This document shows positions 22,011 to 32,819 of a stretch of DNA of 64,000 nucleotides, piece after piece. Each line of letters begins with the position of its first letter. Within the stretch, counting starts at the first letter, position 1. The position numbers and the translations under genes are program-made. Source of the stretch: Escherichia phage vB_EcoM_PhAPEC2; the sequence record NC_024794.1; one strand, 5' to 3'. A model generated the notes under the pieces. The model ran no database searches. It was not told the DNA's origin and saw only the letters and a list, made by a program, of their open reading frames with translations.

Positions 22011-23179
22011 CAGTATTCCAACGTCCAGGATATCCTAACTTAAGCGTTAAATTATACCAAGATTATTCGGCTTGGCAAGAAAATAGATACGTTGAACTCG
22101 CAGCAACAATAACAACTTTAACCATGCGAGATTCGCTATACGGAAGAAATGAAGGGATTCTTCAATTTTATGACACTAAAAACATCCACACTAAAATGGA
22201 TGGTAGACAGATAGTCCAAATCTCTGTTTCAAATTCAAACACACCTCTCCAAGTTAGAACTCGAATTTACGGATGCAGACATTATTCTGTGTCTGTGGAC
22301 TCAAAAGGTGACAATATTATTGCAATTGAGCTTGGAACAATACATTCTATAGAGAACCTTAAATTTGGGCGACCATTCTTCCCAGACGCAGGAGAATCTA
22401 TACGTGAAATGTTAGGTGTCATATATAAAGACCGTACATTAATTACTCCGCCAATAAACACTATTAATGCTTATGTTCCTGATATTCCTTGGACAAGCAC
22501 ATTTGATGATTATTTGGCATATGTCAGAGAATTAGGACTTGCTACAGCGAGTGATAAGTTCGTATTCGTATGGCAAGATATTTTAGGCGTAAACATGATT
22601 GACTACGATACTCTTATTGGTCAGGAAGGCATTAAGATGATTGTAGGCGAGCCAAATACCGTAGGTCAGTATATTCAAGAGCTTGAGTATCCATTGGTAT
22701 GGGATTTCACCTGGATGACTAAAGCTAACCAATTTACAAGAGACCCTATTAAAAACGCCACGATATTCGCCCATTCATTTTTAGATACATCTATTCCGGT
22801 TATTGTTACAGGTGATGGTGATAACGCTATTGTTGTGTCAAGATCCGGTGGATATTCCGAAATGACCTATCGTAATGGATTTGAAGAAGCAAGTCGTCTT
22901 CAGACAATGGCTCAATATGACGGATATGCTAAATGCACTACTACAGGTAATTTTAACATAACGCCTGCTACTAAAATTATATTTGTTGACCAAAAGAACC
23001 AATTCAAATCTGAATTTTACGTAGATGAAGTTATTCATGAGTTATCAAATAACAACTCACAAACTCATCTATACATGTTTACCAACTCAATGGTGTTAGA
23101 ACCTGTTAACCCAGTTAAGGTTAAAAATGAACTTAAATCTGATTCTACCTCTAAAGAAAATAATTCTACCACAGTCTAA
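22007..23179 (+). CDS. 27: baseplate hub protein gp27
   Basis: 390 aa; position/length as T4 gp27. Confidence 0.9.
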   Translation: MTVFQRPGYPNLSVKLYQDYSAWQENRYVELAATITTLTMRDSLYGRNEGILQFYDTKNIHTKMDGRQIVQISVSNSNTPLQVRTRIYGCRHYSVSVDSKGDNIIAIELGTIHSIENLKFGRPFFPDAGESIREMLGVIYKDRTLITPPINTINAYVPDIPWTSTFDDYLAYVRELGLATASDKFVFVWQDILGVNMIDYDTLIGQEGIKMIVGEPNTVGQYIQELEYPLVWDFTWMTKANQFTRDPIKNATIFAHSFLDTSIPVIVTGDGDNAIVVSRSGGYSEMTYRNGFEEASRLQTMAQYDGYAKCTTTGNFNITPATKIIFVDQKNQFKSEFYVDEVIHELSNNNSQTHLYMFTNSMVLEPVNPVKVKNELKSDSTSKENNSTTV

Positions 23180-23660
23180 TAAAAAGGTAATGATTCCCAA
23201 ATTAGGGCTCAAACATTACAATCTTTTAAAGGACGTTAAAGGTCCTGATGAAAACATGAAAATCTTAGCTGATTCTATTTGTAAAAATATGAGTCCAGCA
23301 GATTTTGATTTTGCATGTCTACACATATTGGAATTTAATAACAAACTTAAGTCTGAAGTTGAAAAAGATGGATTCACTTATAAACTAGATGACGTCTATG
23401 TATGCCAACGAACAGAATTCCAATTTCAAGGTAATACTTTTTATTTTAGACCCCCAGGCAAATTTGAACAATTCGCTACAATCAGTGAAATGCTATCAAA
23501 TTGCTTAATAAAAGTTAATGACGAAGAGAAAGAAATTTCTTTCCTTGAGATGCCTGCTTTTGTAATCAAATGGGCAGAAGACCTTTCGACAACTATTGCT
23601 ATTCCAGGCCCTAATGGCCCTATTAAGGGTATAGCAGAAATTATTGGATTGCTTGAATGA
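23127..23660 (+). CDS. 28: baseplate hub distal subunit gp28
   Basis: 177 aa, same length as T4 gp28; overlaps gene 27 end. Confidence 0.8.
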   Translation: MNLNLILPLKKIILPQSNKKVMIPKLGLKHYNLLKDVKGPDENMKILADSICKNMSPADFDFACLHILEFNNKLKSEVEKDGFTYKLDDVYVCQRTEFQFQGNTFYFRPPGKFEQFATISEMLSNCLIKVNDEEKEISFLEMPAFVIKWAEDLSTTIAIPGPNGPIKGIAEIIGLLE

Positions 23661-25429
23661 AACCTGAAGAAATGAAATCCATGCGTAGAAATAAGGTCAT
23701 TGCCGATAATAAACCACAAAAAGTAGCTGCAACAGCAGCTACCGATTCATTAGAAGCATTGAATAACATTTCATCAAAACTAGACGATGTCCAAGCCGCG
23801 TCTGAACTCACATCACAAAGTGTAGAAGATAAAGGCAATGGAATTATTGAATCAATTGGAGACTTAAAGAATTCGACAGATAATACTGCTGAAGGCACAG
23901 AGCTTATCGCAGAAGTTATTGAAAAACAAACTGAAGTCACTAAAAGTATAAACGAAGTTTCTAGTGCAATAAGCTCTAAGTTAGACAGATTAGCTACATT
24001 ATTAGAGCAAAAATTACAAACATCTACCGCTATTCAAAATACAGGAGGCACCTCTCTTGAAGTAATTGAGAACGCGATACCTGTTAAAGTGGTTGAGAAC
24101 GAAACTTCTGATGAGTTGTTTAAAGCATTACCTACACCTGAAAAGATTGATAATAAGCCAGACGAAGATTTCTTCCCGGTCCCGGTTCAAGAAAGTGCTA
24201 ATTCTACTTCCGATTCTAAAGGCGGAATTAGCTTTAAATTGAGCGATAAAATTGCAATGCTCACCAAAACAGTTCAAACCGGGTTTAATAAATCAATATC
24301 AATTTCAGACAGAATTGCTGGAATGCTTTTCAAATACACTATAACGGCTGCTATTGAAGCAGCAAAAATGGCCGCACTTATTCTTGGTATTGTTATCGGT
24401 ATTGATTTATTGATAGTCCATTTCAAATATTGGACAGACAAGTTCACTTCTGCCTGGGATTTATTTGATGAAAACTTTACTAAATTCTCCGACGAAGCTA
24501 AAGAGTGGGGTAAATTCTTAAGTGATATATTCACTTCTATTGACTCGATAAAACAATTGTGGGAAGCTGGAGACTGGGGTGGTTTAACCGTTGCTATTGT
24601 CAAAGGTGTAGGAACAGCATTAATGAACTTAGGTGAACTAATTCAATTAGGAATGGCTAAACTCTCCGCGTCTATATTGCGTGCTATAGGTTTTGGTGAT
24701 ACCGCGGACGAAATAGAAGGACGTGCTTTGGAAGGATTCCAAGAAACTACTGGGAACAAATTAAAGAAAGAAGACCAAGAGAAAGTCGCTAAATATCAAA
24801 TGAAGCGTGACGATGGGGAATTAGGAACCGTTTCTAAAGGTCTTGATATGTTACAGCGCGGCAAAACATTCGTTACTAACTGGGTTCGTGGTAATGACAA
24901 TAAAGAAGAGTTTAGTACAAGCGATGAGCGTGCTGCGGAATCAGCAAAATTAAAAGAGTTACCTGAAGAGGAGCGTAAAGAAGCGTATATAAAAGCTAAT
25001 GAAACTCGTGCGGCACTTGTTAGATTTGAGGATTATATCGATAAAATCGATATGACTAATCCGGAAAATGCTAAAAACGTCGAGAAGTCTTATGCTGATT
25101 TAAGTAAACTTATTAAAGACCCTGAACTTAATAAAACTCCTGTTGTTAAAAAGGAATTAGATGCTAGATTTGAAAAGCTAAATAATAAAATGGCTGAAGC
25201 CAAAAAGGCTCAGACAACAGTTAAGCCTGAATCTTCGTCTAAATCTCCGGAAGCAAAACAAGTTCAGTCAATAGAGAAAGGACGTGCTTCTGAATCTAAA
25301 CAACAGCAACCGGTAGCGGCGATTAGTAACACAAATAATGTCGTCAAAAAGAATACCGTAGTCCAGAATATGACCCCTGTAACAAGTACAACGGCTCCTG
25401 GAATTTTCCATGCCACCGGTGTTAATTAA
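23657..25429 (+). CDS. 29: tail tape measure / baseplate hub protein gp29
   Basis: 590 aa, same length as T4 gp29. Confidence 0.9.
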   Translation: MKPEEMKSMRRNKVIADNKPQKVAATAATDSLEALNNISSKLDDVQAASELTSQSVEDKGNGIIESIGDLKNSTDNTAEGTELIAEVIEKQTEVTKSINEVSSAISSKLDRLATLLEQKLQTSTAIQNTGGTSLEVIENAIPVKVVENETSDELFKALPTPEKIDNKPDEDFFPVPVQESANSTSDSKGGISFKLSDKIAMLTKTVQTGFNKSISISDRIAGMLFKYTITAAIEAAKMAALILGIVIGIDLLIVHFKYWTDKFTSAWDLFDENFTKFSDEAKEWGKFLSDIFTSIDSIKQLWEAGDWGGLTVAIVKGVGTALMNLGELIQLGMAKLSASILRAIGFGDTADEIEGRALEGFQETTGNKLKKEDQEKVAKYQMKRDDGELGTVSKGLDMLQRGKTFVTNWVRGNDNKEEFSTSDERAAESAKLKELPEEERKEAYIKANETRAALVRFEDYIDKIDMTNPENAKNVEKSYADLSKLIKDPELNKTPVVKKELDARFEKLNNKMAEAKKAQTTVKPESSSKSPEAKQVQSIEKGRASESKQQQPVAAISNTNNVVKKNTVVQNMTPVTSTTAPGIFHATGVN

Positions 25430-25437
25430 GGATTATT

Positions 25438-26547
25438 ATGATTAGTGTAAAAGAAATAGTAGTAGATGCAAAGGATTTAAATAAAGCAATCCCAGTCTCA
25501 GAAAGTGCTGGGCAAAGCACTAAAACCGAAACAACTACTAAAACTTATGTTGCTCAATTTCCTACAGGAAGAGCAGCCGGAAATGACTCCACAGGAGACT
25601 TCCAGGTAACAGACCTTTATAAGAATGGATTATTATTTACCGCGTACAATATGTCTGCACGCGATTCAGGATCCCTCAGGAATTTACGTCCAGCATACGC
25701 CGGGACTTCATCTAACGGTATCATATCAGATTTAACTGATAATGTGAAAGATGCAGTGACTAAATTCTCAAACGGATTGCTTCCTGCTGGAGCTAATAAA
25801 TCTACCATAAATAAAACTCCTGTTGCTAATATACTTTTGCCGCGTTCCAAATCTGACGTTGATACAACTTCACATCGTTTTAATGATATCGGTGATAGTC
25901 TTATTACTAAAGGTGGAGGTACTGCTACGGGTGTTTTAAGTAACATTGCTTCTACTGCAGTTTTTGGTGCATTAGATTCTATTACCCAAGGGCTTATGGC
26001 TGATAATAACGAACAGATTTATACGACTTCTCGTAGTATGTATGGTGGTGCCGAGAACCGTACTAAAGTCTTTACATGGGATTTAACTCCACGTTCAACT
26101 GAAGACCTTATGGCTATTATAAACATTTACCAGTATTTTAACTATTTCTCATATGGTGAGACCGGTAAATCACAGTACGCCCAAGAGATTAAAAGTTATT
26201 TAGACGAATGGTACCGTTCAACGTTTATTGAGCCTATGACACCAGACGATGCTGTAAAAAATAAGACATTGTTTGAAAAGATTACTGCGTCGTTAACAAA
26301 CGTATTAGTTGTAAGCAACCCTACGATTTGGATGGTTAAAAACTTTGGACACACATCTAAATTTGACGGGTTAACTGATGTATTTGGCCCATGTCAAATT
26401 CAAAGCGTACGTTTTGATAAAACTCCAAATGGACAATTTAATGGTCTCGCTGTTGCTCCTAACTTACCGTCAACATTTACGTTAGAGATAACAATGCGAG
26501 AAATTATTACATTAAACCGTTCTTCACTTTATGCGGGGACTTTCTAA
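25438..26547 (+). CDS. 48: baseplate tail tube cap gp48
   Basis: 369 aa; position as T4 gp48. Confidence 0.85.
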   Translation: MISVKEIVVDAKDLNKAIPVSESAGQSTKTETTTKTYVAQFPTGRAAGNDSTGDFQVTDLYKNGLLFTAYNMSARDSGSLRNLRPAYAGTSSNGIISDLTDNVKDAVTKFSNGLLPAGANKSTINKTPVANILLPRSKSDVDTTSHRFNDIGDSLITKGGGTATGVLSNIASTAVFGALDSITQGLMADNNEQIYTTSRSMYGGAENRTKVFTWDLTPRSTEDLMAIINIYQYFNYFSYGETGKSQYAQEIKSYLDEWYRSTFIEPMTPDDAVKNKTLFEKITASLTNVLVVSNPTIWMVKNFGHTSKFDGLTDVFGPCQIQSVRFDKTPNGQFNGLAVAPNLPSTFTLEITMREIITLNRSSLYAGTF

Positions 26548-27509
26548 TGTACTCTTTAGAAGAATTTAATAACCAAGCTATAAATGCAGATTTCCAACGA
26601 AACAATATGTTTAGTTGTGTATTTGCTACTACACCATCAACCAAATCGTCTTCACTAATTTCGTCAATTGGTAGTTTTGCTTATAATAACTTAGGGTTGG
26701 ATTCTGATTGGCTAGGATTGACTCAAGGTGATATCAATCAGGGCGTAACAACCCTGATTACAGCAGGAACACAGAAATTAATTCGAAAATCAGGTATAAG
26801 TAAATATCTGATTGGAGCAATGAGTCAACGTACGGTACAAAGCTTGTTAGGTGAGTTCACAGTAGGAGCTTATCTGATAGACTTCTTCAATATGGCATAT
26901 AATAATACAGGTTTAATGATTTATTCTGTAAAAATGCCTGAGAACCGATTATCTTATGAAACGGATTTCAACTATAACTCACCGAACATCCGAATTACCG
27001 GTCGTGAAATGGACCCGTTAGTAATAAGCTTTAGAATGGATTCTGAAGCATCTAACTTTAGAGCAATGCAAGACTGGGTAAACTCAGTCCAAGACCCTGT
27101 AACAGGTCTTCGTGCTTTACCACAAGACGTCGAAGCAGATATTCAGGTTAATTTACATGCACGAAATGGTTTACCACATACCGCTGTCATGTTCACCGGA
27201 TGTATTCCTGTTAGTGTCTCTTCTCCTGAGTTAACGTATGATGGTGATAATCAGATAACAGTTTTTGATGTAACATTTGCTTATCGCGTTATGCAATCAG
27301 GTGCTGTAAATAGACAGGCTGCTTTAGAATGGCTGGAATCAGGACTTATTAGTAGTGTTTCAGGAATGTTTGGAAATAATCAGAATGATTCTGGACTAGG
27401 AAGTGCAGTATCAAGACTTTCTAGATTAGGTGGGACTGCTGGTGGTGTGTCTAATATAAACACATTGACAGGTGTGGTGAATTCTGCGTCAAGAGTTTTA
27501 GGACTATAA
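26547..27509 (+). CDS. 54: baseplate tail tube initiator gp54
   Basis: 320 aa, same length as T4 gp54. Confidence 0.85.
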   Translation: MYSLEEFNNQAINADFQRNNMFSCVFATTPSTKSSSLISSIGSFAYNNLGLDSDWLGLTQGDINQGVTTLITAGTQKLIRKSGISKYLIGAMSQRTVQSLLGEFTVGAYLIDFFNMAYNNTGLMIYSVKMPENRLSYETDFNYNSPNIRITGREMDPLVISFRMDSEASNFRAMQDWVNSVQDPVTGLRALPQDVEADIQVNLHARNGLPHTAVMFTGCIPVSVSSPELTYDGDNQITVFDVTFAYRVMQSGAVNRQAALEWLESGLISSVSGMFGNNQNDSGLGSAVSRLSRLGGTAGGVSNINTLTGVVNSASRVLGL

Positions 27510-27536
27510 GAAAAAAGGGAGACGTTGTCTCCCTTT
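27510..27536. terminator. bidirectional terminator between gene 54 (+) and minus-strand ORF
   Basis: gaaaaaa-gggagac-gtt-gtctccc-ttt. Confidence 0.7.
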
Positions 27537-27542
27537 AGGGGT

Positions 27543-27836
27543 TTATTTACGGAATGAAAGGAATGCTGGTGCTCTGAATGGAGTATCATCTTTAGAGTAT
27601 TTAACTAATACGACCATTGGTACCTCTGTTTCTAAATGACCTGTCAATACACCGATAAAAATTTGATCAGTGTGCTCAGGGTCACGAAAGTTTTTAAGAG
27701 GTTCCATAGCAATATGGAATGCACCTGGGAATACTCGATTCAATTCGTCAATCACAGCTTCGTTAAAAGCATCATCCGCTGGGATAACATCTTCAACTAC
27801 TAGTTCTTGACCATTAAAGCGAAGCATAGATTTCAT
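27543..27836 (-). CDS. hypothetical protein (97 aa from first ATG after promoter; T4 alt.-x position)
   Basis: Track start 27908 is TTG and lies upstream of the promoter; ATG 27836 has SD GAGGAA. Confidence 0.6.
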   Translation of the reverse strand: MKSMLRFNGQELVVEDVIPADDAFNEAVIDELNRVFPGAFHIAMEPLKNFRDPEHTDQIFIGVLTGHLETEVPMVVLVKYSKDDTPFRAPAFLSFRK

Positions 27837-27865
27837 AACGTTTTCCTCATGTTGTTGATGGGATG

Positions 27866-27895
27866 ATAGTATCACACATCCATGTGTTTGTAAAC
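27866..27895 (-). promoter_or_regulatory. T4 early-type promoter (GTTTACA-N17-TACTAT)
   Basis: Minus strand GTTTACAAACACATGGATGTGTGATACTAT, overlapping alt stop. Confidence 0.55.
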
Positions 27896-29982
27896 TATCC
27901 TTGGACAAATTTAAACGGAACTGATTCTAAATCCATTAAAGATGCTAACAATTTCAATCCTTTAGGAGCACTAGTTTTTTCTACAAATGAGGAGAACGAT
28001 ACCGGCTCATCTGATTCGATTTCACCCGCCATAGCAACCACCTCGCCTGTTTCCATGAGAACATCGCCGTCGTAAATGACAGCTTCATCCAACTGGTCCG
28101 AGGACATGACTTCAGCTTGAATAAATTTAAGGTTGGATTCTAAACCTGCACCGGTGTCAGATGACGCATCTGTAATTTTATTTATCTGCAAGAGAATGCC
28201 TCTAGGCAAAATAATTTCTTGCTCATTAGGGTGATTACTCAACTGTCCTGGATAAATCACGTTAACTTTATGAGCGCCATCAATAGCCCATCCAACGTTA
28301 ACACGGATTTGTTCTGGTGCATGCATAGCTGTTCTTACTTGACTCGGAGAAATAGTAACACCTTCGTCATTATTATCAATGTTAAGCTCTTTGCGAACTT
28401 CTTCAGGAGCAAGTCCAAGGGCAACGTTCTCTTTAAACCCACCGAAAATAATAGGAGCTAGTGAAGTGGAAACATAGTTTCTGAAGTAGAATACCTTATT
28501 TTTAACCATTGCTTCGTAAATAGGCATTCTGATAGACTGAGCTCTATATAACGTTAGTCCTTCAGGTAAACGGTCTCCATTTAAAAACGCCGAATCAAGA
28601 CCATCAATAGCGCGTTTAACTTCATCTTCATCCGCAACATCATAAAAATCTGGTTTATAACGACCTAACAACATATTATTGATATCGGTATACGCAGAAG
28701 AGGCATATTCACGAATAGCTCGTTTTTCAGCAACAGAGTATTGTTTAGGGTCCCGATTCATTGTTATATTAAAGGTGCCTTTAGCCGATTCTCGTGCATA
28801 AGTATACATCACATTAGACAAGAACGCTGATTTACGTTGTTTCCAAGTTTTTTCAGATACTTCAGCTAAAACGTCGTCAGCCAGTTGGAAATTATCTCGT
28901 CTAAAATCTTCAAACCATTCGTCTTTAATAGAGTCTGCAATTTCATTTGCAGCTTCAACAAAAGCAGCTAATGCTTTAACAGATGTTGTTTTTTCAGTTT
29001 TAATTTTCTTAGCAAACTTTTCTAAAGTTGGTTTAATAACACTACCATAAGAAACTTCATCAGCAAATCTAAAGGATTCATCAATACGATTATAAATCTT
29101 ATTTTCGATATCAGCAACTAAAGTGCCTTTTGCTGTGGATGATGCTTGGGCTAGTACGATTTCATATGCTTCAGGAAGTAATTCGGCTGTAGCCGGGCCA
29201 CTAACTTCTTTAGCAGAATTTTCGTATTTCTGGAATAACTCACCTTCTTGGCGGTCAGCTTCTAAAGATTGGCTTGCGGCAATAGCGCGCCGAGAAATTT
29301 TAGTACGAGCAATAACAGGCTTATCTTTACGTTTTTCTTCTACAGCAGCAATAGAACCAGCGATAGCCGTTTCTTTGGTGACCTTTTCGCCAGTCTTTTT
29401 ACTCACATAAACTTCGCCAACATCAGAATCTACTTTCGTGTACAACTCTGTGTTAATGTTAGGGATGCCTTTAATATCTTCAATGTTGGCATTTTTACGA
29501 ACCATCATCACATAGGTGTGTTTACCTGTGAATTGATACATTGCAGACAATACTTTAAAACGACCACCGGTTTTAGTAGAAACTAAACGAGCAAGAAGAG
29601 TTTGAAGTTGTTGTCCGCGTCCTTTCAATTTCTTGGTAGGGAATCGGAACAGAACTGCATCCATACGAAGAGCTTTAACCTGTTCATATACCGTATTGAA
29701 AATGGTGTTGATTGCATCAATAGGAGCAGGACCAAGGCCATTTTTCAATTCAGCGAGATTACCCTTTTCAGACAGACTCATAATAACAACATGAGCGTAT
29801 TTGTCGCCAAGTTTAACTTGTTTTACAGCGTCGCCTTCGGAAAGGTAAGAGAATAAACGAACTACGATGTTTGTATCGATATCACCAATTTTCCAGACTT
29901 GTGGAACTTTAGCTTTAGGGTTCAAATTGACGACAGGAAGACTGCCTTCAGATTCAAACACTTCATTTAATTGTTCAGACAT
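27895..29982 (-). CDS. alt: Alt ADP-ribosyltransferase (packaged, modifies host RNA polymerase)
   Basis: 695 aa at T4 alt position between gene 54 and gene 30. Confidence 0.85.
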   Translation of the reverse strand: MSEQLNEVFESEGSLPVVNLNPKAKVPQVWKIGDIDTNIVVRLFSYLSEGDAVKQVKLGDKYAHVVIMSLSEKGNLAELKNGLGPAPIDAINTIFNTVYEQVKALRMDAVLFRFPTKKLKGRGQQLQTLLARLVSTKTGGRFKVLSAMYQFTGKHTYVMMVRKNANIEDIKGIPNINTELYTKVDSDVGEVYVSKKTGEKVTKETAIAGSIAAVEEKRKDKPVIARTKISRRAIAASQSLEADRQEGELFQKYENSAKEVSGPATAELLPEAYEIVLAQASSTAKGTLVADIENKIYNRIDESFRFADEVSYGSVIKPTLEKFAKKIKTEKTTSVKALAAFVEAANEIADSIKDEWFEDFRRDNFQLADDVLAEVSEKTWKQRKSAFLSNVMYTYARESAKGTFNITMNRDPKQYSVAEKRAIREYASSAYTDINNMLLGRYKPDFYDVADEDEVKRAIDGLDSAFLNGDRLPEGLTLYRAQSIRMPIYEAMVKNKVFYFRNYVSTSLAPIIFGGFKENVALGLAPEEVRKELNIDNNDEGVTISPSQVRTAMHAPEQIRVNVGWAIDGAHKVNVIYPGQLSNHPNEQEIILPRGILLQINKITDASSDTGAGLESNLKFIQAEVMSSDQLDEAVIYDGDVLMETGEVVAMAGEIESDEPVSFSSFVEKTSAPKGLKLLASLMDLESVPFKFVQG

Positions 29983-30015
29983 AGTGTTTTCCTTTTAGTA
30001 ATAATTTATATTTAT

Positions 30016-30038
30016 GCCAAAAAGAGCCCGAAGGCTCT
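30016..30038 (-). terminator. intrinsic terminator downstream of ORF 30038-30226
   Basis: Minus strand AGAGCC-TTCG-GGCTCT-TTTTTGG. Confidence 0.6.
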
Positions 30039-30226
30039 TAATCCACAATCGGGAGCAAAGTACGATAAACTTCAAAATTAGGGCCTTTTTCGTACCCATT
30101 AACGTTATCTACGAAAACCCGATACGAATTTTCATTAGGAAAATCTAATATAATCTGAGAGCAAGAGGTGGAAACATCTCCACCATCCTTCTTAGCTACA
30201 ATAACTGTTTCTAAATAAGCTTTCAT
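30038..30226 (-). CDS. hypothetical protein (62 aa)
   Basis: Track start is GTG; first ATG (30224-30226) overlaps gene 30 stop as TAATG. Confidence 0.55.
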   Translation of the reverse strand: MKAYLETVIVAKKDGGDVSTSCSQIILDFPNENSYRVFVDNVNGYEKGPNFEVYRTLLPIVD

Positions 30227-31719
30227 TATAAACCTGTCTGGGACCACGGTCCAAATACGTCTTCAAATGAATCCGCTTCTGTTTTATCAAAACGGAACCC
30301 TTTAATAATTGGAAGAAAAATACCTACAGTACCTTCACGGCCTTTAGAATGAACCCAACCGTTACATTCACAATCAGCGATACGTCCAATTAATTTACCT
30401 TCACGAGCTTCGGTCATTAATCGTTCACGGTCTAAATCATGACGCTCGTCTAAAGGAATAAGAACCTTTACACCATCAACTGTTTTATGAGTTGTATCTT
30501 TAAAACCTGAACCACAATCGGTTGTAATACGACGACAACGTGATACGAGTTCGACACCACCTAATTTGTTAGGGTCTTTAGAGTGTTCATAGTATCCTAC
30601 AACTTCTAAAGCGATATCAATAACTTCTTTAAATTTAATTAGGTTCTTAGAGCGTTTGTTTTCCCAATATGAATCACGGTTTTTAAGGATAATACCTTCA
30701 AGACCTTGGTCAACATATTTTTTATAAACCACTTTAGCTTCGTCAAGATTACGAACTAACTGATTTTCAATTGGCTCAATTCGCTTAAAGCCTTCAGCCA
30801 TATTTTCAAGAGCAGCAAAACGAACATCGTATTTCTGACCTTTAATTTTGCCATCAGAATAGACTTCATCTAAAGGAACATAGTCCCAGGCTTGAAGAAC
30901 CATACCTTCCGCTTCTTTAGGAGAAATAGTCCCTTGAAGAGATTTATTTGCTAAACCATTTGAAGTGCTACGGTCTGCAACTTGTACTTCTTCGGATTCT
31001 TCATTATCACCAAATAAGAACGACAGGTCATTTCCTGAGCTCACAGCCTTTTTAATATCAAATGAATGATAAACTAATTCACCGTCGATTAAAACCCCAT
31101 TAGGGTGTCTTTCACGAGCTTCTTTAGTCATTTCCATTAGTTCATCTGCTAATAGGGTAAGACCATGGTATTCATTACCAGCACGAGAAAAGAATTGAAC
31201 ACCAGCATCGCGAACTTCAGCGAAACAACGAGCACCATCGGCTTTTAATTGAGCAAATGCAGGCCATTTAATATTTTTAGTAATCAATTTCTCATCATAT
31301 GCAGATGCTAACATCTGTGGTTGCAATTGAATAAGTCCAGGCCACACCTTATTCGCGATAGACACTGAAGCACCTACTTCAAGGTCGCGCATCATTACAC
31401 GACGAAGGACTTCTACATCATCAGGTTTACCGTCAGCGATATAACCCATGAGCTCTTTAATTGCAGCATTACCAGTGAGTTTACGAGTGGCTAATGTGAA
31501 CTCAATAAAATCCAACATGTCATCTAATTCAAGAAGACCATATGCTTGAGACCTTTCACCTGGTCCTGGCCATTTCTTAATATAATACTGGATACCACGT
31601 GCATATGCTAAACGATACACACGTTCAAGTAATTTGTTGTCCTTATTTTTCTTAAGGATTTCTTGTTTTGTTTTAGTAGAACCGATCGCAGCTATTTGGT
31701 TTAAAATATCTAAAATCAT
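30226..31719 (-). CDS. 30: ATP-dependent DNA ligase gp30
   Basis: 497 aa; strong match to remembered T4 DNA ligase (MILxILN...GSTKxKQ, KADGARCFAEV adenylation motif). Confidence 0.95.
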   Translation of the reverse strand: MILDILNQIAAIGSTKTKQEILKKNKDNKLLERVYRLAYARGIQYYIKKWPGPGERSQAYGLLELDDMLDFIEFTLATRKLTGNAAIKELMGYIADGKPDDVEVLRRVMMRDLEVGASVSIANKVWPGLIQLQPQMLASAYDEKLITKNIKWPAFAQLKADGARCFAEVRDAGVQFFSRAGNEYHGLTLLADELMEMTKEARERHPNGVLIDGELVYHSFDIKKAVSSGNDLSFLFGDNEESEEVQVADRSTSNGLANKSLQGTISPKEAEGMVLQAWDYVPLDEVYSDGKIKGQKYDVRFAALENMAEGFKRIEPIENQLVRNLDEAKVVYKKYVDQGLEGIILKNRDSYWENKRSKNLIKFKEVIDIALEVVGYYEHSKDPNKLGGVELVSRCRRITTDCGSGFKDTTHKTVDGVKVLIPLDERHDLDRERLMTEAREGKLIGRIADCECNGWVHSKGREGTVGIFLPIIKGFRFDKTEADSFEDVFGPWSQTGL

Positions 31720-31985
31720 TTGATGTCCTCGATTTTGGTTACGGTTCTATTATAAGCCACTTCATCTAGAAGCGATTTCAGCGTTTTCTGATAAGTGGTA
31801 ATCCATTTACCGAGCCCTTCAACATAATATTCTGAAATGTAGATGAACCCTTGTTCAACACACTCTTTAAATATTTCTGCGTCTTTTACTGAACGAAACA
31901 ATGGCCAGTCTCGAAAGAACATGTTAACGTGACCGTAGTCACGTGTGGTATTTTTGCCATCTGTAATATCATGAACTACAAACAT
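31716..31985 (-). CDS. hypothetical protein (T4 30.1 position)
   Basis: 89 aa ORF overlapping gene 30 start. Confidence 0.6.
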   Translation of the reverse strand: MFVVHDITDGKNTTRDYGHVNMFFRDWPLFRSVKDAEIFKECVEQGFIYISEYYVEGLGKWITTYQKTLKSLLDEVAYNRTVTKIEDIK

Positions 31986-31994
31986 AATTAACCC

Positions 31995-32819
31995 TTAACA
32001 ATTTATAGACCAAGTCCATTTAGACGAATCTAAAGGAAAGTTTTGAATCGTCCACCACGGCTGCATATCAGTTGGTCCTGGGGTTCGCCAGGTATATGGA
32101 GTACGTGTTGTCGAGGGGCCACCAATTTGATTAGGCCATGCGCCTGGACTTGTTGCACCAGATTCTTTAAGCAAATCCGCCAATCGTTTTAAAAGGTCTT
32201 CACGATCTGAATCTGAATTATGCTCTGGTGGAACCAAACGAGATTCAATATCATCCCACGTGTGTACACGTTGTGCAGTACGAGGAATGGCATCACGTTC
32301 ACCACGAGCCAACCAATAAATCGGTACATTAAGAATTTCTGCCGCATGGTCACAGTGATGAGCTAAATCGTCAACATAACAAATCACGTTATATTTTGTT
32401 TTAGCTAGTTCGAATAATTGTTCCTTTGAAGAATCATGACCACACATCATTACTTCAGAGAAAGCGCCTGGGAACAAAGCATTCAAATTAAATTGTCTAT
32501 TCAATCGAGCATCAATTGAATCACCTAGCGCCGTCACGGCTACAAAATTATAGTCTTCTTTTAGTTTATTGATAACTCGAAGAGCATCCGAATAAGGCGC
32601 TAAGTAACGAATAAAATCAGAGCGATTATATTTTTCTATTAATTGTTTACCAAGGTTATCGTCGGTATTGAACAGTTTACCAGGAGAAATAAATTTTTCG
32701 TCCTGAATCATTTTTAAAATATGTTCTAATGGAAGGTTATATTTTTGGGCAAAATAAGGAAGTCCAGATTGCCAGCTTAAACATACACCATCAATATCAG
32801 TCAAAATAGTAGGCTTCAT
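31995..32819 (-). CDS. HAD-superfamily phosphatase / 5'-nucleotidase-like protein (T4 30.2 position)
   Basis: 274 aa; N-terminal LTDIDGV resembles HAD motif I. Confidence 0.6.
   Translation of the reverse strand: MKPTILTDIDGVCLSWQSGLPYFAQKYNLPLEHILKMIQDEKFISPGKLFNTDDNLGKQLIEKYNRSDFIRYLAPYSDALRVINKLKEDYNFVAVTALGDSIDARLNRQFNLNALFPGAFSEVMMCGHDSSKEQLFELAKTKYNVICYVDDLAHHCDHAAEILNVPIYWLARGERDAIPRTAQRVHTWDDIESRLVPPEHNSDSDREDLLKRLADLLKESGATSPGAWPNQIGGPSTTRTPYTWRTPGPTDMQPWWTIQNFPLDSSKWTWSINC

Noticed and set aside
28219-29856. Plus-strand track ORFs 28219-28461, 29123-29410, 29269-29586, 29602-29856 inside alt
   Set aside because: Antisense to the 695 aa alt ORF; no promoter or SD.
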